This document shows positions 23,879 through 34,334 of a stretch of 34,334 nucleotides of DNA, in pieces. How positions within the stretch are numbered: the stretch's first letter is position 1; every line of letters begins with the position of its first letter. The notes beneath the pieces were generated by a model that had not been told where the DNA came from, searched no databases, and worked only from the letters and a program-made list of their open reading frames with translations. Both the position numbers and the translations under genes were made by a program. This DNA is from Squatina squatina (taxonomy: Eukaryota): the NCBI GenBank assembly GCA_031763465.1, contig JARFOE010000004.1, forward strand, positions 9,173,690-9,208,023. Direction: 5' to 3'.

Positions 23879-25200
23879 TATTTTCCCTATCCAGGAAATT
23901 TCTGTGCCTTTTGAAACATTGAGTTCTATCATTTCTATATTTGAAGATTTAAAGCCCCGATTTGAACNNNNNNNNNNNNNNNNNNNNNNNNNNNNNNNNN
24001 NNNNNNNNNNNNNNNNNNNNNNNNNNNNNNNNNNNNNNNNNNNNNNNNNNNNNNNNNNNNNNNNNNNCCTGCAATCATTTTCCAACAAACTCTACATCAC
24101 TCATGTTAATCCCACCGTTATTCAAAAAATACTAAAATATCTTAGACTGCAGTGCCATGAATGTGTCCTGCTCATGCACGACTCACATTGGGCAATAGGG
24201 TGGAAAAAAATACTTCTATGCCAAGTTGAACATGAAGGTGTCTTTGAGGCAAGTATGAACCCGCTTTGATACTCGAGCAGTAAGGATCATCTTCCAGCAG
24301 GCTTGGTCCCACTGATTCCTGGTTCAAGCTTGGAGCAGGCCTCATACTTCATTGTGATGTGTGGAAACGAAGACAGCAAAGTCAGGTTTGATGGGAGCTG
24401 CTCACTGGGGAAGATCGGCTGTACCCAAAATACTTTATGCCAACAGCTGCCTCTCTCCGTGGGATGGTGACAATGTTACTAATTTTCTCAGCTGCCACAT
24501 ACAGTTGTAAGTGCAGACATTAGATTTTGCAATATCCACAATCTTGGTATATTAAAACTGAGGACCAAAAGACTAACTTTCTACCCATTTAGTATTGTAC
24601 AAGGTTACATATCACTATTTAAAATTCATTTAAAAATAATAAATAACAACAATAAATGCAAAAAATGGAAATGGGCAAGAGAAGACTGGTTTACTCGAGT
24701 GATATAACAATCTGGCTGAGAATAGGATAGGAACAGACAGGCATAAACTGAGAGGATCAAATCCCCCACAGGACATTATGGTCCCTGTGTTACTGCGGCT
24801 TGGCAGGGGTGCATCTGAAAGAGGCAACATAGCAGGATTGATAAATAGAGATGATGGGATGGATGAATATGCAGGGATTTCATTTGATTACTATTAATAA
24901 TCAGAGAGTATGCATACAAAATTGCGCCTTGGGAGATTAAACAGCTGGGGTAAAGTCCATGATAGGGAAGATTTTGCCTGGCTGTTTTTTCTATGCTTTC
25001 CTAAGTTCTTAACATCTTGTTAAGAGATCTCCTCTGGTGTTACCCATAGATAGTTTGAGGCTTGGAGTGCGGTTTCTTATGTCTACTATGATCCTACTGC
25101 AATCTAAATATGATAATGATTCAAGCATTATTGTACAACAGAAAATTTACTGAAGCAATATATCATGTGACTGACCCGAGGTTAAAAATATTACACACTT

Positions 25201-25319
25201 TAGAAACATAGAAACATTGAAAATAGGAGCAGGAGCCATTCAGCCCTTCGAGCCTGCTCCACCATTCAATATGGTCATGGCTGATCATTCAAATTCAGTA
25301 CCCTGTTCCTGCTTTCTCC
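25201..25319 (-). mobile_element. CR1/HER1-like LINE 3' end, running into a gap
   Basis: tagaaacatagaaacattgaaaataggagcaggagccattcagcccttcgagcctgctccaccattcaat, a copy of 19173-19281. Confidence 0.8.
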
Positions 25320-25419
25320 NNNNNNNNNNNNNNNNNNNNNNNNNNNNNNNNNNNNNNNNNNNNNNNNNNNNNNNNNNNNNNNNNNNNNNNNNNNNNNNNN
25401 NNNNNNNNNNNNNNNNNNN

Positions 25420-25788
25420 AATTCTCGCCCTTGCGTTTTAATTGCATCATGGCCTTGCACCTCCTTACCTCTAGTCCAAATACAATCAAACCCCTTAGAA
25501 CTCTACCTTCCGCTGTCTCTGACCTCTTGTGCATCCTCCCTTCACCCCAACATTGGCAGCTATGCCTTTAGGTGCCTGGATTCCATGCTCTGGAATTCCC
25601 TCTTTAAAGCTCTCTGTCTCACACCTCCCTCTGCTTCTTTAAGATGATTCTTAAAGCCCATCTATTGACCAAGCTTTTGGTCACCTCTCCGAAAAGTTCC
25701 TTTTTGGATTCAGCATCCATTTTCTGATTACTCCTCTGTGAAAACACCTTAGGACATTCTTCTGTGTTAAATATATAAATGCAAGTTT
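25420..25788 (+). mobile_element. L2-clade LINE 3' end
   Basis: Decayed ORF2 C-terminus (HGLAPPYL; ctctggaattccctc = LWNSL; cttaaagcccatctatt = LK.HL) followed by a 3' UTR ending tataaatgcaagtt. Confidence 0.8.
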
Positions 25789-25795
25789 ATATATC

Positions 25796-25849
<54 letters not shown>
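25788..25849. repeat. Compound (TA)n(TG)n microsatellite
   Basis: tatatatctatatatatatatatatatattatatatatatgtgtgtgtgtgtgtgtgtgtgt, directly at the L2 tail. Confidence 0.95.
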
Positions 25850-26002
25850 CTTTTTTCCCATTTTAATGCATTTTTTCAGCAGCAGCAATACTGAACTGTT
25901 GATAAATTGATATAGAGTTGGCTAGATCTTGCCTCTGGCTATCTGGCGAATGAATACTTCTGACTTCCTGACATACAATCGCACCGTATATATGACACCT
26001 TC

Positions 26003-26090
26003 TTTATTTGTTCTCAGGATGTGAGTGACACTGGCAAGGTCATATTTATTGCTCATCTCTCGTTATCTTGAGAAGGTGATGGTGAGCCAT
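26003..26090 (-). mobile_element. 3' end of another LINE family (CR1-group), decayed
   Basis: ggatgtgagtgacactggcaaggtcatatttattgctcatct...cttgagaaggtgatggtgagcc resembles a common shark LINE terminus (recall only). Confidence 0.5.
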
Positions 26091-26711
26091 TTTAGTTGTA
26101 CCTCTTCCAATGTGGAAAGATGCCTCAGGAATAGATTCTCAAAAAAAAGGGCAAGATCTCCCTTAAACTGACGTTGAACAACAAATGAGTGATGAAAATT
26201 CCATTACACGCTGAGTAAAAATATGGATGTGCACTTGATCTATTTCATCTCAGGTCTCAGATAGTACTGAAATGTGAGTCATATATTGCACAAGCAATAG
26301 GCAGAACCAGAGCAGTCACAGGAGAGCGCATTTCATTAAAAAATACAACAATGGAGAGTCAATTTTCTTCTTTCGAATATGTCAGAGATAAGTATCAGTT
26401 ACTGCAGAAGGATTTGTATAAATACTAGTCAGTCGCATACTGTAGTGTTAACCCCTCCATCTCCTGTTGAATTGAGGTTGAGTATTTTACTGCAGATACT
26501 ATACTATAATAGGTTGCTTAGAATTGCTTGCCTTATTTTTATGTAAACATGTAAACCCAGAATCCCATTTGCTTTTTTAGGACTTTTTTAAAATCTGCAC
26601 TCGCAACTTTAAAGATTTATATATCTGTTCCTCCATTCTGCTAGTAGACTTACCATTGAGTGCAGACTTCACTTCCTTTCACTGTAACAAAACAAAACAA
26701 AATACTGTACT

Positions 26712-27055
26712 CTCTTTGTATAAGACATTGATTAGGCCTGATCTAGAACACTGTGTTCAGTTTGGTCCCTTCACATGACCCTGGAAAAGGTTCAGAGGGG
26801 GACTACTAGATTGATACTTACTTTAAAGGCCCTTAGTTGTTGTGATAGGCTTGGAGAGTTGCAGCTTTTTACTGTAGAAAAGTGTGGACTTCAAGAAGAT
26901 TTGATTGAGGTCTTTAAAATAACAATAGTATTAGATTCAGTGACTGGGCTATTTGAGTTAGACAGGTGAGGGAGGAACAGGGGACATGAGGACAAGTCAC
27001 ATAGGTATAGAATTAGGTGAGATGTCAGAAGGTATTTCCTTTCAGAGAGAGACAT
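26712..27055 (+). mobile_element. CR1 LINE ORF2 C-terminal fragment, old
   Basis: LYKTLIRPDLEHCVQF; LEKVQRGTTRLI..LK.LSC.DRL.EL.LFT.EK..L..DLIEVFKI; then a TRGH-like segment (acaggggacat). Confidence 0.88.
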
Positions 27056-27129
27056 CAGTCTACACAGGAATAATTAACTCTTCCTGACGCTGAAGGGGAT
27101 GATGGTCGTGAAGTAAAGGGAGAAGCCCT

Positions 27130-27212
27130 TTTATTATGGATTGAGAATTGGTTAACAGACAGAAAACAGAGAGTAGGAATAAACGGGCCATTTTCAGGTT
27201 GGCAGGCTGTGA
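27130..27212 (+). mobile_element. CR1 LINE RT fragment
   Basis: Translates WIENWLTDRKQRVGINGPFSGWQAV and runs into a gap. Confidence 0.88.
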
Positions 27213-27312
27213 NNNNNNNNNNNNNNNNNNNNNNNNNNNNNNNNNNNNNNNNNNNNNNNNNNNNNNNNNNNNNNNNNNNNNNNNNNNNNNNNNNNNNNNN
27301 NNNNNNNNNNNN

Positions 27313-27428
27313 TGGTTTAACGTCTCATCCAATAGTACCTCTGACAGAACAGCAGTCCCTCAGTACCGCACTGAAGTGTCAGTCTAGTTTAGAGTGGGCT
27401 TGAACCCATGACCTTCTGACTCAGAGGC
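27313..27428 (-). mobile_element. DeuSINE-type SINE 5' part
   Basis: ggtttaacgtctcatcc...ccctcagtaccgcactgaagtgtcagtctag...ttgaacccatgaccttctgactcagaggc contains a reverse-strand tRNA-like head with B box. Confidence 0.8.
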
Positions 27429-28460
27429 TAGAAACAAATACACCGTGTTATGTTAATGACTCAACCACAAAAAATGGGGTGAGGTTGGAATGTTGCACCA
27501 GGATCAAACTATCTACTTCTAAATGTCTGTCAGGGAGGAGAAATAATTGTAAGTACAGAAGGCATTTACAGTCTCCAGCTGTTTTGTAAACTCCTGCTAA
27601 CAATAGGATATAGGTTTTATTAAAACAGAGAGTCAGTTGCAAGCTTTGGTTAAATAGAGAATGATGGACAGCCCAGAGTGAATGTATGGCAGTGGTCTCA
27701 CTGATAGAGCTTAGGTGATGTCACAAGCCACCACAGTGAAGCTTCAGCAGGTCATGCCCATTATCAGAAGCCACGGATGAGGTTACAGTCTTGAAATTGC
27801 TCAGATGTACCTATTATTTTTCATATTACCTACTGTGGAGCTCACAGCTTTATTTCTTCTCCCCCTACTACTTCATGGAAGAGGGCGACATCAGCAGTTA
27901 ATGTTTCTAAAATCCACACTAAAAAAATTAACGATTGCGATGTAATCATTGTAAGGGTCTTAAATGATGATTCATGATTGGTTACTGCAAAAATGCAATC
28001 TGTAAATATTATGCAGTAATTTAATAAAACATTTTTCGGCTACTGAAGTCGTTAAATGTTTGGTTATCAATGTACACACTAAGTCCCAGGAAGCTCATTT
28101 TCAGAATGAAATCTGCCTGCTAAAAGCAGATTAAGTAACTTTTAGAAGTCTGTATAAAATCTAATGAAGCATTTTAAAGTTATTCATGTGACAAGTACTT
28201 GTGTTCGGATGGCAGGCGGAGAGCGCTATAACAGTTTCTCCTGCATGACTGGAGTCAGGATATTAAAGATTTCTTTAGATTTATGAAATAGTAATTTTAA
28301 ATGTGATACCTACTGGGTAACCTGAAGAGTGATTACATCTGAGGCAAGTAAAAACAATTCNNNNNNNNNNNNNNNNNNNNNNNNNNNNNNNNNNNNNNNN
28401 NNNNNNNNNNNNNNNNNNNNNNNNNNNNNNNNNNNNNNNNNNNNNNNNNNNNNNNNNNNN

Positions 28461-28868
28461 ATCTCAAACCGATCTTGCTTAACTGGCTTCTCTCCTGGAA
28501 GACAATGGCCCGGCCATCTCCTGCCTTCCACCAGTTTTGGTTGGGACTGAGTCGTGACTGTGCTTTATTGATGTGAGGGCATAGTGTTTCTGAGTTACCT
28601 CTCTGGGTATTGTTCCCAGTAGTCACGTTAGATGGTGATGACGTCAATCGGCCTGGGTTCCCTTCCACCCAGCCTATCAGTGTGAAATGTCCGTTTGCAT
28701 CTGAATGCACCTTAGTCAGGTTAGCCTGGCTCGAAACCGCTGCCAGTCAATCCTATTCCCATTGCCACTCCCACAAGCTTGCCAAACAGTAGTTCCTTTT
28801 TTGGGGTTTTGGATTTAAAATATGATTCATAACAATGGCTAGAAAGCTGGTGTTACATTCCCCCCTTT
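28461..28868 (-). mobile_element. Possible LTR retroelement 3' end: polypurine tract plus start of LTR
   Basis: The minus strand reads AAAGGGGGGAA|TGTAACA at 28868-28851. Downstream are TGACGTCA (28638-28645) and AATAAA (~28568-28563). The far end is lost in a gap. Confidence 0.45.
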
Positions 28869-29841
28869 GATATTTCGTCACCAAAACCAGAAATATCACG
28901 AATTTCATCGTCTTCTGCTGTGGGAGGCGCATTGTGGGTCTCAACCAAACTGTACATTACTTATCAATTACACCTGGGGTCTCATTTCTTATACCATACA
29001 AACAATTCATTTCAACATATTTACAGGCAAAGATGGCTGTAGAAGTGAAGAATCAATCAACAGTAACTGTTAAATATTTTACACCATCTTAAAAGGGGTT
29101 TCAAACAGACAATGTAAATGAGTCTTTAAAATGAATTTGTTACCTCATGAAGATGGAGTCTGTTCCTGCAATAGTAATGAACAACTTGCTCTGAAACTCC
29201 ACCTCCATGTTTTAGATTTCTTAAAAATCAGTGGCAGCTGAAAATGTTTCTGGTATTGACATGGTTTAAGATAGAATGGCACTTTGAAACATTTCCAGTA
29301 AATGTTTAAGTTGTCTTGGATATGGATATTGATTTGCCTTCAAGCCACATAAAGACATATTGAAGTGAGTCATTCGCCCTTCTTGTGGTGCAGTGACTTG
29401 CTTCACATGACAGGGCCGCTCTCCACTCCAGTCTGCCAGGCAGCGCCATTGTGGATTTCTTTTTATCTGACCTGCTCCTAAAATATTTTTCCTTTTAGAG
29501 GAAGCAACTTCATCAAGGAAGAGAAAAACAGATCCCATGTGGTTGTAAAATTAATTGCTGTTGGCTGACAAGTCTGCAGCTTAGACAGTGGTGGGCTCAT
29601 GACTGAAGGAGGGCAGACGAGAGGTGAATAAGAAAAATGTAAAAACTTGAAATATAGGTGCTGGTGAAGTTGTAAATTTAAAAACATAGAGTTAAAAAGA
29701 ATTGCTCTGGTAAAATCAACATTTCTAGATATTTCCTTGGGNNNNNNNNNNNNNNNNNNNNNNNNNNNNNNNNNNNNNNNNNNNNNNNNNNNNNNNNNNN
29801 NNNNNNNNNNNNNNNNNNNNNNNNNNNNNNNNNNNNNNNNN

Positions 29842-30148
29842 TCATTTTTTATGGCGAAGCCAACCCCATGGAGACAGCGTTCATCCTCTGGTTTACCTTT
29901 CCAGAAGAAGGTGTATCTGCCACCTTGCTCCTTGAGCTGGCCTTCTCCTGCCCGCCATGTCTCACTCAGGGCGGCGATGTCAATGTCGTAGTGTCTGAGT
30001 TCCCGGACTATGACAGCGGTGCGCCGTTCGGGTCTGTCACTGTTGGGGTTGTCCATGAGGGTCCTGACGTTCCAGGTCCCAAACTTCATACTGAAGGTGT
30101 GGAAGGTGCCTGTGCGTGAATTCTTTTACCGTGGGGTGGCCGTTGCAC
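29842..30148 (-). mobile_element. RTE-clade LINE 5' portion encoding the N-terminus of the APE endonuclease
   Basis: ATG at 30089 opens MKFGTWNVRTLMDNPNSDRPERRTAVIVRELRHYDIDIAALSETWRAGEGQLKEQGGRYTFFWKGKPEDERCLHGVGFAIKN, with GTWNVRTL, IAALSET, YTFFW.G and GVGFAI motifs. No stops before the gap. Confidence 0.93.
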
Positions 30149-30854
30149 ATATACATTATTACAAAATTATATACATACTGTGGATGTAACATTAAAACAA
30201 AATGGAATGTAGTGCAGTGAGATTTGATTTTGTATCACAAAGCAGGTTGCTGAGCATGTGTCCCAGTGCTTTGGCCCCATGGTAATAGTCATACAGTTGT
30301 AGAATTTGTATTTACATATAGCAATTAATTATTGAAACAGATACACACCTTTACTGAACGACAAAAAGCACACTGGGTGAGAAGTATAGGCCAAAGCGTG
30401 TGTCACTATTTTCTATTCTTATCGCAACAATTTATCTGGTTAGAATATTTATAGAAATGGGGCGTGAATCTCTCAGATTACTCAGGGGGATGGTGGGTGG
30501 GGGTTGTGGAGAGAAAAGAACAGAAACTGACAACTACTATTTGGATACAGCTAGGCACGACTGCTCAACTGTGCTATATGTAATCTGCATTGTATAACAC
30601 CGTAATATGCACAAGATACTATTATTTTCCCATCTATTCTGAAGATTATGGAGGTAAAAATCAGTTCAGCGTAGGTGCAAAACAGGGGATAGTGGACTGG
30701 CCGCCCTTTATATACCCCGCTCGATTTTCCTTTCCATTGAGGTCAGTGGAAAAGAATATCTATATTCCTCTAATTTCGACACGCTGGTGTCAGAACAGAA
30801 TTTACCAGGCGTTTTTCATCTCCAGCAATAACACAATTGACAGACGATGTTTTT

Positions 30855-31110
30855 ATTATTCCTTCCCCATCTCTTCTGAAGGCACTGCCTCATACAGAAG
30901 TACAGCTCCATGGCCACAGGCCACTTTCTGGTAGCTCAACCAAGTGGTCACTGTTTACGTGCCAGCGCAGAAAATCAGTATGAGCAGGCTATTTGAACGT
31001 GAACAGCCTCGGAGCTCAGCCCAATCCTCTTCTCACCCAATATACTTAACCAGCAGAATTTTCTCGATAGAAATCAAGCAGATAATTCTCTCCCTAGCCT
31101 TGGGGTGCTG
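30855..31110 (-). mobile_element. Old SINE-like repeat (a second copy appears to lie at ~21200-21410)
   Basis: Shares degenerate segments with 21200-21410 (ggctatt, gatcaggagc/aatcaagcag). Family is not assigned. Confidence 0.4.
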
Positions 31111-32020
31111 ATTGTTTGTTTTTGAATACCAATGGCCTCTTCATCTACATAGTCCACTTCCAATGATGCCACACCGGGCACCTCCCAGGAACAGAAACAA
31201 GATTTCATATACATGATAATAATCTATCGATTGAGGTCAATTACATGGAATTTGTTATGGATTTGTGCTTGTGTGTGAACTCATGGTTGTCCCACATGTG
31301 TACATACTAGCAGCACAGATATCTATAAATTATCTCACAGATAATTTATCCCAGCAGCTAAATGACATAACAAGCTGTGAATGCGAAATCACTCTGATTA
31401 CAGCTAAACTATAACATTTATTAGGTGCATTAGCTAACAAAAACATTAGCATCTGTATAGGCTGAAAGATCAGTCTCAAAGTACAACAGTAATAAGTGAC
31501 GGACTGACAGAAAATTTCTTGTGACCTGAAGTATGCCAAGTTCTGGTGTATTTGCCAGGAACTGAAGTTAGCTGAGTGTGGGGTTAGATATAGCAACTGT
31601 TCTAGAATATTCTCTTGGAATCTAGTACAATGGATTGCTCATCTNNNNNNNNNNNNNNNNNNNNNNNNNNNNNNNNNNNNNNNNNNNNNNNNNNNNNNNN
31701 NNNNNNNNNNNNNNNNNNNNNNNNNNNNNNNNNNNNNNNNNNNNNNNNNNNNNNNNNNNNNNNNNNNNNNNNNNNNNNNNNNNNNNNNNNNNNNNNNNNN
31801 NNNNNNNNNNNNNNNNNNNNNNNNNNNNNNNNNNNNNNNNNNNNNNNNNNNNNNNNNNNNNNNNNNNNNNNNNNNNNNNNNNNNNNNNNNNNNNNNNNNN
31901 NNNNNNNNNNNNNNNNNNNNNNNNNNNNNNNNNNNNNNNNNNNNNNNNNNNNNNNNNNNNNNNNNNNNNNNNNNNNNNNNNNNNNNNNNNNNNNNNNNNN
32001 NNNNNNNNNNNNNNNNNNTA

Positions 32021-32188
<168 letters not shown>

Positions 32189-32430
32189 CTAATGGTGTCA
32201 AAAATAGTATCAAAGCTATAACAAACAGTTTAAATGAGTTACTCAAAATTACTTTAGAAAAATAATAGGTATACATTTAAATTGAAACCACCTTTTAAAA
32301 CAAGCAGGGCTACAAATTCAAAAACAAGTCTAAATACACAAGAAAACACCTTGAAAGTAGCAACTTGCACAGTTTCATTTTTAAACGAATCTCTTTTGTT
32401 ATGATACTTTGCATTGGGTAGATACTGAGT

Positions 32431-33160
32431 GGGAGAAATTCAGCTCTGGTTGCACCCCATTAGCACCTCCGAAGGGCGCTAACGGGGCAATACTGGACAA
32501 AATGGTGCTGGGAGGCGGCCATCTCGCCTCCTGGGGAATTCAGCTGGGACCAAAGGCCTTTGCACCTGACGTGCCGAATTCCACGGCAGGTCGGCGCTGA
32601 CATCATAAAGAAACGCGCCGGCCCGCACTGCACAGCTGCGACCCGCTTTGTGCTCCATTTGCATCCCACGGGCGGAATTCACCCGTGGGATGCGGCCACC
32701 GCGCCAGACGGTTGCAGAAACAGTGAAACCTGTTGCTGCAATGGCTCTCTTAAAGGGGAGGGCCTGAACGCCGGCAGCCGCCGTCATTATTTGTCGGCCG
32801 GCTGATGGTGGCCCAAGGCCCGATCANNNNNNNNNNNNNNNNNNNNNNNNNNNNNNNNNNNNNNNNNNNNNNNNNNNNNNNNNNNNNNNNNNNNNNNNNN
32901 NNNNNNNNNNNNNNNNNNNNNNNNNNCTGCATCTGACGACAGCACACAGCAACGCTGATGCGATGCTCTGACGCCACGCCAGTGACGTCCCCAGCTGGCT
33001 GCCCCAATTCCGCCCAGGACTGAGGCCGACACCGCTGCGCCTCGCTCCCGCTGCGGAATGCTCAATTGTGCAGCAGGCAGGGCGGTTTGGGAGCTGGCGC
33101 GAAAAATGCCAGCTCCTGCCCACTACCGCCCCGAAAGCGCCCCAGGTAAATTTTGCACCC
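32431..33160. mobile_element. GC/CpG-rich non-autonomous DNA transposon (Harbinger-like) in FRK intron, spanning a gap
   Basis: Termini gggagaaattc ... aaattttgcaccc|ta, with sharp GC/CpG contrast against AT-rich flanks. Shares motifs with 12061-12312. Confidence 0.65.
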
Positions 33161-34024
33161 TATATGTTCATAAAGCTTGTAGACCAACAATTTCTTTTGG
33201 CAATTGTGAAATGATTTTCAATAGACTCGCATTCCATCATTTCACAGAAGTACGAGGGCAGCAGTGAAGCAGTTCAGACGTGTTTTAAACTAACATCTTT
33301 ACATCATTGCAGTCACAAGTTGAAGACCAACAGAGGCTAACACTCCAATCTCAGAGATACAAGATCTTAAAGAAAAACCTCACAGATCATTCCCTTCCTC
33401 TGCTTTCTTCAACTTAACTGTTGGTGCAAGGAAATGCAATACAAGGTGGCCTACTTAAAATAAAGATTAAACTGTACCAACACCGTAAAACAATGTTTTT
33501 AGTCACTGAGAGCCATTGCAAAACCCACAATACAGGATGCTTTTAATCTGCTTCAAACTTTATTAAGCTACATCACAACCGTTGTGTTACAGTGAAAATG
33601 CCAGAATAGAGTTAGGAAACCATGAAATTGCCAGGGAATTAAAACAGCAAAACAAAATGCGAAATTTAATACTACAAAAACAAACAGAAAGTAAATAACT
33701 CATTTTGATGGCAATAATAAATCAAAGCAAAATACTACATTGATTTTAGATTTTATCATAACTTGTCCCATTTTACCACTTGCATATTATGCAAAAATAT
33801 TTCCCAATTTGTTAAAACTCATATATGCCATGCCATTCTCTGTTACCTAATTATAATCCAGCTAAACTGATCTCTCACCTTCATCACAACTCTACTGGCA
33901 CACAGGCTGATAAACAACTCGCATTTTTTATTTAAAACATACACAATTGATCAACATGCACAACAGGCTAGGTCTGTTCTTTAACTGAACAATTACATAA
34001 ATGGAAAATGATCATTACTCTTAC

Positions 34025-34206
34025 CATAAAAACTCGAGCAATTCCAAAATCAGCTACTTTGCAAATGTTGTTCTCTCCAACCAATACATTCCTGGCAGCT
34101 AAATCCCGATGGATGTAATTCTGAGCTTCCAGATATGCCATGCCTGATGCCACCTGTGCAGACATTTCCAGCAGGTCCTGTATGTTCAAACTCGTCCCCT
34201 GGTTAT
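34025..34206 (-). CDS. FRK: Tyrosine kinase exon (catalytic loop and DFG) of fyn-related kinase
   Basis: ccag|AT AAC...ATG|gtaaga, 182 nt, phase 1/0. Translates [68 protein letters not shown] (not the Src-type HRDLRAAN) and [11 protein letters not shown] point to the FRK/PTK6/SRMS family, closest to FRK. Splices in frame to 32188. Confidence 0.94.
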
Positions 34207-34334
34207 CTGGTGAAGTTAATACATTATGTAAATGTTAAATTTCAGAAGTTAACTCTAAATTTCTTACCTGATTAAAATATAACTAAAGGAAATTCAGTTT
34301 AAACCTCACGTCACTGAAGCAGTAATGATAGCAG

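Noticed and set aside
27457-27469. AP-1 site abutting a RUNX site, plus other TGA(C/G)TCA sites (7338, 26275, 29366)
   Set aside because: 7-mers at this frequency are near chance expectation; no conservation data are available.
29380-29470. WRCLADWSGERPC resembling a sushi/CCP domain end
   Set aside because: Spacing is off and there is no upstream domain half or splice context.

Overview
Vertebrate genomic DNA, most likely a cartilaginous fish (shark), judged from its SINE/LINE families. It comes from a very fragmented assembly with 21 N-gaps, 16 of them arbitrary 100-N joins. Recognisable coding content is spliced exons only. (1) One + strand exon of a GH18 chitinase (CHIA-like) at 244-360. 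(2) Three consecutive, phase-compatible - strand exons of a second, diverged CHIA-like paralogue at 12010-11828, 10464-10348 and 9223-~9088/9014; no catalytic-motif exon and no chitin-binding (CBM14) exon is visible. (3) Two - strand kinase-domain exons of a FRK (fyn-related kinase) gene at 34206-34025 and 32188-32023; the last exon probably lies in the adjacent gap. The rest is intronic/intergenic DNA rich in CR1, L2, RTE and Tx1 LINE fragments, tRNA-derived DeuSINE-type SINEs and PIF/Harbinger transposase remnants and MITEs. It also holds a Penelope-type fragment with a decayed hammerhead-like core and a possible PPT-LTR junction. I see no demonstrably new biological system; the best leads are the atypical chitinase paralogue and the chitinase-FRK linkage, both subject to assembly caveats.
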